Counted from the first letter of the stretch, positions 8,579 to 15,217 are shown. The stretch: 17,449 nucleotides of DNA from an uncultured virus (IMG/VR IMGVR_UViG_2061766007_000756) (IMGVR_UViG_2061766007_000756), one strand, 5' to 3'. Translations and numbers: made by a program. The notes: a model not told the origin generated them from the sequence alone.

Positions 8579-9016
8579 TTAGAGAGAGCGGAGCGTTTCG
8601 ATTATGTTTTCGACCCCAAACGCTACCCCATTCCACGCTTCTCTGTTGGGTTTTTCATCGTCAAATAGAATGTCGGCGGTGGTGTGGCGGAAAGTGTCTT
8701 TGCAAATCCCATACGAAACAATGTTGATTTCGTCAAAGGAAACGCTTGCAAGATGAACCCGAAGCCAGCGCAGTTTTGCAAGGGTGACTGCTTCATCGTA
8801 TTCGGGGGTGCTGTTTTTGCTCAGCCAAGAGATAACCTCAATCCGAAATCCGTTGCGCTGAAGCCGATTGAGAACTCTTGCGAGTGCCTGAAGGTTCAGA
8901 AGGGGTTTTGCGTTTTCATACGGAAATGGATTGGAGGCGAGCAGATACTGAAGCCAATTTTTAACTCCATAGAGGTCAGCAATCGTTCCATCGAGGTCAA
9001 AGAAGATAGTACGCAT
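8579..9016 (-). CDS. HAD-superfamily phosphatase (possibly nucleotidase-like), copy 1
   Basis: Motif I IFFDLDGT, motif II ISW, motif III K, motif IV LFDD. Confidence 0.85.
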   Translation of the reverse strand: MRTIFFDLDGTIADLYGVKNWLQYLLASNPFPYENAKPLLNLQALARVLNRLQRNGFRIEVISWLSKNSTPEYDEAVTLAKLRWLRVHLASVSFDEINIVSYGICKDTFRHTTADILFDDEKPNREAWNGVAFGVENIIETLRSL

Positions 9017-9124
9017 TTCAGTTCAAAACCTTTCTTTCTCTTTTCTTGGCTTAATTATAGCACATGGAAATGGCTTTGTCAATACCCAAATGAAAACTTT
9101 TTGAAAAAATTTGCGCCCGGGCGA

Positions 9125-9140
9125 GTTAGCACCTGCTAAC
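9125..9140. promoter_or_regulatory. GTTAGC-N4-GCTAAC operator-like palindrome
   Basis: GTTAGC-ACCT-GCTAAC. Confidence 0.7.
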
Positions 9141-9181
9141 TCGTTGGCAAGAGGAAGGGGGGCTTGCACCCCCCTCGGAAA

Positions 9182-9526
9182 TCAGGCGACCTTGAAGTAC
9201 GCCTTCCTCTTGATTTCCTCTCTCACGAGAGCACCGCTGTCTTTCAGCTGACGGACGAGAGAGGCCGCCTTCTGATTGGAGGCGCCGTTCAGAGAGGCGA
9301 CACCTTCCATAATCTCGGACACCGTGCGAGGAGCACCATCCGCAAGGAATTCCAGAATCTCGGCCTTGATGGCTTCGTTGGCTTCCTGCGTCTTAGTAGG
9401 CTTTCTGTCGGCGCTGTTGCGCTTGGCAGTCGCATCACGGAGAGCAATCAGGCGCTCGACCGCTTCGGCATTGGGGCAGGATTCGATGGCGATGTTAAGG
9501 GCTTCGATGTAGGTCATTTTCTTCAT
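9182..9526 (-). CDS. Winged-HTH-like protein, family A copy 4
   Basis: Close paralogue of copies 2 and 3. Confidence 0.85.
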   Translation of the reverse strand: MKKMTYIEALNIAIESCPNAEAVERLIALRDATAKRNSADRKPTKTQEANEAIKAEILEFLADGAPRTVSEIMEGVASLNGASNQKAASLVRQLKDSGALVREEIKRKAYFKVA

Positions 9527-9771
9527 AGGTATCAGTTCCTTTCTAGCGGTTTAGGTCGCTACCCTTATCTTGTGCCTTAAGTATAGCACTTATTCAGTTA
9601 TTTGTCAAGAGGTTTTTAAAACTTTTTTTCAAGTTCCCTTGGTTCTTCTGTAACTCAGGGGCCACCTGAGCAAGACCATTGGGTCAGGAGAGTGGCTGAC
9701 TCTCTTTCCTCTTGACAATGATAGTATAGCACACCCCACCATAGAAGTCAAGCACTTTTTGAAAAAAATCT

Positions 9772-9789
9772 TTGTTAATTTTGTAACGA
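9772..9789. promoter_or_regulatory. Rex-like box
   Basis: TTGTTAA-TTTT-GTAACGA. Confidence 0.55.
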
Positions 9790-9858
9790 GCGCCCGGGCA
9801 AAAAATTGGCGGGGNNNNNNNNNNNNNNNNNNNNNNNNNNNNNNNNNNNNNNNNNNNN

Positions 9859-10055
9859 AGATGCATTATTATTCCGTTGATGTGGCGGTCAGTGGTCAAA
9901 TCTTTTACAAGACCCACGAGCGCAATCCCAAGACCAAACCAGGCGATTGATAATCCATAACACATAATCAAAAGCACATTGATTACAGTTGCCACCGAGC
10001 GCAAGTCATTCCATTCGAATTTGTAGGACTGCTCTATTTTAAAGAATCTCTTCAT
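9859..10055 (-). CDS. Small membrane protein (3' end lost in N gap)
   Basis: Hydrophobic segments VINVLLIMCYGL and IAWFGLGIALVGLV; AAGGA RBS. Confidence 0.7.
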
Positions 10056-10249
10056 CTGTTGGTTCCTTTTTCTTTGGGTTGGCGGGCTTTCAAGTCTACC
10101 GCAGGAGCCAGTCTCTGCAATCGGCTTTATTCGCCCGCCGCAAGCCCTCTCTTTATGGTTTTATTATATCATTTCTGTTGGAAGCTGTCAAGAGGTTTTC
10201 GCCATATTTTTGAAAAATTTTTGGCGCCCCGGGGAAGAGACCGCCAGCC

Positions 10250-10714
10250 TCATTTTTCGAGGTTGGCGATACTCTTTTCGTTGCAGAAGGTAGCCTTCTG
10301 GAACTTTATCTGATAGGCGACCCGATTGACCGTAATATCGCCGTCCTGAGTGAAGGGGACGTTGTCCTTTACCCACACCTGGCCGAAATATTCGGTAACC
10401 ATTTTCTCGAAGATTTCGCCGTTATTGTACTTGCTATCCGCGACCTGCTCATTGAAGAACTTTTCGGAGCAAAGGACCACGGCGCCAGCCATAAGGGCGA
10501 GCTTCTGGGCGGTGGTGGGCTTGAAGCGGAGCGCATAGCCCGCGCCACGGCTTGCCTTGTCCAGTGTGCAAACGATGGGCATATAGTCCGCGCCCGTGAT
10601 GGACATATACACGTTCCCCTTGTAGGAGAAGCCCCAGATGTACTGGTGCGTATAGGCAACGGCGTTATAGCGGTCGATGAGGGACTTGAACAGGGCGGTG
10701 TTGGTAGTGGTCAT
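10250..10714 (-). CDS. Hypothetical protein, possible PD-(D/E)xK nuclease-like fold, 154 aa
   Basis: NGEIFE...DGDI...YQIK motif order; GAGAGG RBS, promoter 10747-10775. Confidence 0.6.
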   Translation of the reverse strand: MTTTNTALFKSLIDRYNAVAYTHQYIWGFSYKGNVYMSITGADYMPIVCTLDKASRGAGYALRFKPTTAQKLALMAGAVVLCSEKFFNEQVADSKYNNGEIFEKMVTEYFGQVWVKDNVPFTQDGDITVNRVAYQIKFQKATFCNEKSIANLEK

Positions 10715-10849
10715 TTCGGTGAACCTCTCTTTCTTTATCTGCCCGTAGTATAGCACACCTGAACCGGCTTGTCAATAACTTTTCTAAAGTTTTTTCGCCT
10801 TTTTGCTTAATTTTATTAAGTCTTTGCGCGTTTTACTTAATTTTCTTAA

Positions 10850-10865
10850 GTTAGCATAGGCTAAC
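10850..10865. promoter_or_regulatory. GTTAGC-N4-GCTAAC operator-like palindrome
   Basis: GTTAGC-ATAG-GCTAAC, directly abutting a LexA box. Confidence 0.7.
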
Positions 10866-10879
10866 CGAACAGGTGTTCG
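10866..10879. promoter_or_regulatory. LexA (SOS) box
   Basis: CGAAC-AGGT-GTTCG. Confidence 0.78.
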
Positions 10880-11029
10880 AGGTTTTAGTGGCTTACTTAA
10901 GAATCTTAAGTTTTTCGGGAAAATACTTAATTTTTGCTGTTTTTTCGCATTCGTCGCCTAATTTTCTAAAGTGCTCTGCAAACCTAAAATCGCGTCGGCC
11001 ACGTGCGCGGCCGGCGCGGCCAAAAACTT

Positions 11030-11285
11030 GAAACGGGGCGCTTTTGCGCCCCGCCCAAGAGAAAGAAGAAAGGAAACTTGGCTTTGCTCCGTCCATCCGC
11101 CGTAAGTGGGTTTCTCACCCGACCGAAGCCATCGGCGGCATCTTAGGTCTACTGATTTCTAACGCGGGTGCCCGTCTTACCGACTCTCGTGGGTCTCACG
11201 CTTTCGAACTTGGTGCGCTTTGCGGGTCTGCGGAGAGTGACCAAATCACCCCGCGGGTTTGGTGGGTTTTCCTTCCCTTTCTGTG
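11030..11285 (-). ncRNA. Candidate sRNA of about 250 nt
   Basis: Tandem promoters and terminator enclose no credible ORF; GC-rich; 3' UUUCCUUUCUUCUUUCUCUUG tract. Confidence 0.6.
11034..11053 (-). terminator. Terminator-like hairpin
   Basis: CGGGGCGC-AAAA-GCGCCCCG then TTCAAGTTTT on the minus strand. Confidence 0.65.
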
Positions 11286-11508
11286 CCTTTAGTATAGCAC
11301 AGATTTTGGAGTTTGTCAAGGGGTTTTTTACATTTTTGTGAGAGATTTTATTTTACTTCATCGGGTTACGCGCCCGAGAGAGGTTGTTTTCTTCTCCCCT
11401 TGACAATTGTAGTATAGCAGATGTGTTGGATTTTGTCAAGCGTTTTTTCAAAAATTTTTAAAATTTTTTTGTGCCTGCGCGCCCGGCCGGCGCACTTAAA
11501 AAGGCTCT

Positions 11509-11943
11509 TTACAGAGCCTTGAGAATTTCGATGATGTTGTCCACGTTGTGGGCGATGCCTTTCCAGTTTTCGCGGTTGCCGATTTCGTCATCGAAGAGAA
11601 TGTCGGCGCTTGTGCGGTTCACGAGGTTTTTGTCCGTTCCGTACTTCACGATTTCGATGAAGTCGAAGTGTACGCTTGCGAGGTGCTTCTTGAGCCACGC
11701 CTTTTTGACTTCCGCGACTTCGGCGTTGTATTTGTCGCTTCCGCTCTTGCTCAGCCAGCTGATGATGCCGATTTCGATGCCCTGCTTCTGGAGCTTGTTC
11801 AGCAGGCGAGCCAGCACGTTCATGTTGACCATCACTTCCGCTTCGGCGTAGGGGCGAGTGTTTTCGGCGATGAGGTCGGCGAGCCAGTTTTCCACGCCGT
11901 ACAGGTTGGCGATTGTTCCGTCCATGTCGAATGCGATTCTCAT
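11509..11943 (-). CDS. HAD-superfamily phosphatase, copy 2
   Basis: IAFDMDGT...ISW...K...ILFDD; paralogue of 8579..9016. Confidence 0.85.
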   Translation of the reverse strand: MRIAFDMDGTIANLYGVENWLADLIAENTRPYAEAEVMVNMNVLARLLNKLQKQGIEIGIISWLSKSGSDKYNAEVAEVKKAWLKKHLASVHFDFIEIVKYGTDKNLVNRTSADILFDDEIGNRENWKGIAHNVDNIIEILKAL

Positions 11944-12092
11944 TAGTAGTACCTCTCTCTTTCTTTCTGACTAAAGTATAGCACATTCGGGAAACTCTGT
12001 CAAGCACTTTTTTCCGGTTTTTTCAAAAAATTTTTTCCCTACTGTTGGTCTGATGCGAAAATCGCGTCGACCCGGCCCAGGTCGACGCGCTC

Positions 12093-12116
12093 AAAAAAAT
12101 AAGCCCTTGCGGGCTT
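12093..12116 (-). terminator. Intrinsic terminator
   Basis: AAGCCC-GCAA-GGGCTT-ATTTTTTT on the minus strand. Confidence 0.75.
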
Positions 12117-12122
12117 TGTGGG

Positions 12123-12272
12123 TTAGGCGATTACCCAACCGCCTCGCTCGAAGGCTTCGAGCGCTTCTTTCTCGGTGTTGTAGAACCGAGAGAACTTGAC
12201 GCAGGTGGTGCTGACCCAGCTGATGCGGACGCAGTTGTCGAACCGCTCGATTTTGAATTCGTATGCTTTCAT
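12123..12272 (-). CDS. Small hypothetical protein, 49 aa
   Basis: MKAYEFKIERF..; AGAAAGGA RBS, promoter 12308-12336. Confidence 0.75.
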   Translation of the reverse strand: MKAYEFKIERFDNCVRISWVSTTCVKFSRFYNTEKEALEAFERGGWVIA

Positions 12273-12332
12273 TTTGGTGTTTCCTTTCTTTTTCTTTTCT
12301 TGACTTAAGTATAACACGGAAGTCCGGACTTG

Positions 12333-12491
12333 TCAAGCGTTTTTCTGAATTTTTTCAAAGAAATTTTTTTCATGCCAGCTGATTTTTCCTTCGGGAGTCA
12401 TCTCACCAGTGGCGACATTGGTCTGCCAAAAATAAGTGCCGTCTTCCATTTTGATGTAAGGGAATTTGTGAGCCTCAAACCATTTTTCCAT
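12333..12491 (-). CDS. Small hypothetical protein, 52 aa
   Basis: MEKWFEAHKF..; GAGGA RBS; stop lies inside the next -35 box. Confidence 0.7.
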   Translation of the reverse strand: MEKWFEAHKFPYIKMEDGTYFWQTNVATGEMTPEGKISWHEKNFFEKIQKNA

Positions 12492-12575
12492 TTTGTGTTC
12501 CTCTCTTTTTCTCTGTTTTCTGATTGGATTATAGCATGTTCTCCCGGACTTGTCAAGCATTTTTTTAAAAATTTT

Positions 12576-12884
12576 TTAGCACCAGACCAAACCCAGGTTA
12601 CGCCACCGCAGGACGCTTTGCTGATTGCAGGCTCTACCGACTTTGAGAGCTTCGCGCTTCGTGCTGACCCTGTGGCTCTTGTCTACATAGTAGATGCCAC
12701 CGCTAAACCACACACCGCAGTTTCCGCCATAGGCTTTAACCGCTTTGATTGCTTCGCTGGCGTCCATTGTTTCGATGCCCTCAGTGGCTACCTGCCAGCC
12801 TGTTTTATACTGGATTTTGTTGCCCTTTTTGAGAGTGATGCCATCGTTTTCGGTGAGCTTGCGGATAGTGCGGATGTTAATCAT
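12576..12884 (-). CDS. Basic hypothetical protein, 102 aa
   Basis: MINIRTIRKL..; RBS and promoter 12915-12943. Confidence 0.82.
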   Translation of the reverse strand: MINIRTIRKLTENDGITLKKGNKIQYKTGWQVATEGIETMDASEAIKAVKAYGGNCGVWFSGGIYYVDKSHRVSTKREALKVGRACNQQSVLRWRNLGLVWC

Positions 12885-13048
12885 TTTTGTGTCTTCCTTT
12901 CTCTTTCTGATGCAAGTATAGCATTTCCGGAAAAGTTTGTCAAGCGTTTTTTTCAAAATTTTTGAAAAATTTTTTCACCAAGCATCGATGTAAGCTAAAA
13001 ACCGGCCGCTGCGCCCAACAGCGGCCGGCCCACAAAAAAGAAAAGCGG

Positions 13049-13139
13049 TCAGGCCGTTCTCTCGACCTTGACCGCCCAGCCCTGACCCAGAGCCCAATCC
13101 CTGAGCCGAAGGGTTGTCGCCTCGCTGAGGCAGGAGCCG
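13049..13139 (-). CDS. Probable C-terminal gene fragment (5' part lost in gap; may join MYYR start at 13949)
   Basis: GSCLSEATTLRLRDWALGQGWAVKVERTA*; orphan start with RBS and promoter at 13938-13949. Confidence 0.35.
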
Positions 13140-13235
13140 NNNNNNNNNNATCTTGTCAAGTGTTTGTTTGCTCTGTTGTTGTGCTCTTTGTGTGTCTCTC
13201 TGTCTGTGCGCTTTGTGCGTGCGTGCGCTTGTGCT

Positions 13236-13439
13236 CTACCACGCAAGCGCCTTCCTTGTGTCCTGCTTGTGCGCTTGTCTGTTGTAGTCCTTTGCGCTCT
13301 TGAAGGTCTTTGTGGCTGTGCTGATGAGTGCTGTGCCTCTCTGTGCCTTGTTGCGCTCCGCAAGAGCCTTCTTGCTCATGCTCTTCTGCTCGTAGGCTTT
13401 TGCCTCTTTCTCTAACTTACTGACCTTCTTGCTCATCAT
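13236..13439 (-). CDS. Small very basic protein, 67 aa
   Basis: GAGAGG RBS, promoter 13469-13497; K/R-rich. Confidence 0.75.
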   Translation of the reverse strand: MMSKKVSKLEKEAKAYEQKSMSKKALAERNKAQRGTALISTATKTFKSAKDYNRQAHKQDTRKALAW

Positions 13440-13517
13440 GTGTGCCTCTCTTTCTCTCTTGTGCCTTTAGTGTATCACACTTTGCACGTTCTGTCAAGCG
13501 TTTTTTGCCGGTTTAGT

Positions 13518-13535
13518 GTGTTATTTTTTTAACAA
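13518..13535. promoter_or_regulatory. Rex-like box
   Basis: GTGTTAT-TTTT-TTAACAA. Confidence 0.6.
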
Positions 13536-13888
13536 TCTGCCTGTCTTTGTTGTGTGTGTGCTGTGCTTCTCTCTGTGTGTCTCCTGTGCGTGCGTGCCTT
13601 TGCGAGCACGCGTGGCAGGAGGTTCTTACTGTGTGCTGTGGTGGTCTACTGCTAATAGACCTGGCACCCCTGCATGGTGTACTGTGTAGTGTGTGCTTGT
13701 TGTGTGTGTTAGCTGTTCATTGTGTGTTGTTGTTGTGTTGTGTGTGTTCTTTGTTGCTTGTACTTGTTGTGTGTGTCTGTGCTTCTCTCTGTCTGTGCTG
13801 TTGTGTCTCTCTCTGTGTGTGCCTCGTTGGCTGTGCGCCTGTGCTGTGTGAGTGTGTGCGCTCGCTGCCTCTGTGTGCTGTGTGTGTG

Positions 13889-13902
13889 CGAACATACGTT
13901 CG
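13889..13902. promoter_or_regulatory. LexA (SOS) box
   Basis: CGAAC-ATAC-GTTCG. Confidence 0.78.
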
Positions 13903-14005
13903 GTAGACCGGCCTCGCGCACGTCCCTNNNNNNNNNNTCTGTAGTACATTTTGTTTCCTCTCTTTCCTCTTTCTGACCTTAGTATAGCACAAGCTTTCCG
14001 GTTTG

Positions 14006-14356
14006 TCAAGCGTTTTCCGCAAGAATTTTTAAATTTTTTTCGATTTCTTTTTTGGCTTTTTCGATGCGGGCAAGGCGGGCGCGCTCTTGCTCTTCGGCTC
14101 TAAACTGAGCCAGTTCTTCGGCAGTGTCAAACCACAGGCGTTCGCCATACTGGTAACCATAGTGAAAATCTTTCGAGTCGATGTCGTCGAAAATGCGGAA
14201 CGGCTTTGCGGTGGCGACTTTGCGATTGAGCGAGTAGCAATCGCCGATTTTTGCGCGGTGCTGGGGAACGTGGTTGACAAACTGGACGGCGGCCGCACTG
14301 AAGATTCTGGTGTCATTGCCTTTAATGTGGAAAAGTTCGGTAAAATCGTGCATCAT
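14006..14356 (-). CDS. Hypothetical protein, 116 aa, helical charged C-terminus
   Basis: RBS and promoter 14387-14415; stop lies inside the next -35 box. Confidence 0.82.
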   Translation of the reverse strand: MMHDFTELFHIKGNDTRIFSAAAVQFVNHVPQHRAKIGDCYSLNRKVATAKPFRIFDDIDSKDFHYGYQYGERLWFDTAEELAQFRAEEQERARLARIEKAKKEIEKNLKILAENA

Positions 14357-14423
14357 TGTTTTTCTTTCCTTTCTCTTGGTGATTTTAGTATAGCATACTC
14401 ACCCGGTTTTGTCAAGCGCTTTT

Positions 14424-14636
14424 TTAAAAATTTTCCGCAATTTCTAAAAGTTCATCGACCTTGCGGGACGGGATCCAGAAGAACATCTGATTGTCTTTTG
14501 TTGACTTACGCCAGCCGAGGAACATGCGCCACAGGGTGGAGCGTCCTTCGCAGTAGGCGAACAGAAGACCTTGCATTTTCTTGTCACAGGTCCACAGGTA
14601 CGTATAACCGAAGCGTTCTTTGCAGTTGTAAATCAT
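14424..14636 (-). CDS. Small hypothetical protein, 70 aa
   Basis: GAAAGGA RBS, promoter 14666-14694. Confidence 0.75.
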   Translation of the reverse strand: MIYNCKERFGYTYLWTCDKKMQGLLFAYCEGRSTLWRMFLGWRKSTKDNQMFFWIPSRKVDELLEIAENF

Positions 14637-14721
14637 TGATTTATTTCCTTTCTTTTGGTAAGTCTATTGTAGCAGATGATTTCAAGTTTGTCAAGTATTT
14701 TTTTTCAAAGAAGTTGAGGCT

Positions 14722-14934
14722 TTAGAATTCCTCGTCAGCCTCAACTTCTTTGATGCCGTATTCGGCATCGACGTATTCGACCATCTCGCCGTACCGACCT
14801 TCGGCTTTCGCCTTGTTGAACTCGGCATTGATTGCTTCGGCGTAGGCTTCAGCTTTTGCCTTGGTGGTGAAGTAGTGCTTGGTGGTGTTGCCTTCGAAGC
14901 GGTTCTCGACGTTTACGATGTAGATGTTGGTCAT
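14722..14934 (-). CDS. Small acidic hypothetical protein, 70 aa
   Basis: MTNIYIVNV..YFTTKAKAEAYA; RBS and promoter 14970-14998. Confidence 0.8.
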   Translation of the reverse strand: MTNIYIVNVENRFEGNTTKHYFTTKAKAEAYAEAINAEFNKAKAEGRYGEMVEYVDAEYGIKEVEADEEF

Positions 14935-15190
14935 TGTTTTGTCTTCCTTTCTTTTTTCTTTCTGACGTAAGTATAGCACAGGGTTCCCGGTTTGTCAAGC
15001 GTTTTTTAAAAATTTTTAAAATTTTTTGGGAAAATTTTGTGTTTCATCGATTCGACGCGTTTTTTCCATAAAATCTCGGAGAGTACCCACAAACTAAAAT
15101 GCGGCGCGTGCCGACCCACCACGCGCTGGCCGAAAAAAATTTTTTAAATTTTTTGGTTTTTGCGATGGAAGGTAAAATTTTACAAAAATA

Positions 15191-15217
15191 AAAAAGAGGT
15201 TTTTCAACCCCTTTTTT
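15191..15217 (-). terminator. Intrinsic terminator
   Basis: AAAAAGGGGTT-GAAA-AACCTCTTTTT on the minus strand. Confidence 0.8.

Larger units (their letters stand above)
10775..10971. repeat. 30-bp-phased CTTAA-N5-TTAAG-like palindromes
   Basis: Good copies at 10806, 10836, 10896; degenerate copies at 10775, 10926, 10957. Confidence 0.65.
13150..13900. repeat. Low-complexity TG/TC-rich tract
   Basis: Imperfect (TG)n/(TC)n runs with A strongly depleted on +; similar tracts at about 15800-16140 and 17000-17370. Confidence 0.8.

Noticed and set aside
4861..10865. GTTAGC..GCTAAC as a CIRCE (HrcA) element
   Set aside because: CIRCE needs TTAGCACTC-N9-GAGTGCTAA; arm sequence and spacing do not fit
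11056..11146. Plus-strand RBS-like AAGAAAGGA followed by a 22-codon TTG ORF
   Set aside because: No plus-strand promoter seen and it opposes two strong minus-strand promoters; better explained as an anti-SD tract
2019..11285. tRNA, hammerhead ribozyme or known riboswitch in the structured non-coding segments
   Set aside because: No cloverleaf, CUGAnGA/GAAA core or recognisable aptamer consensus found by eye
13547..14022. Cys/Val/Leu-rich and His/Thr/Gln-rich ORFs
   Set aside because: Products of (TG)n/(CA)n composition lacking stops; no RBS
690..14445. CodY-like AATTTTCWGAAAATT matches in the UP tracts (for example near 702 and 14429)
   Set aside because: Three or more mismatches in A/T-rich DNA; not distinguishable from chance by eye
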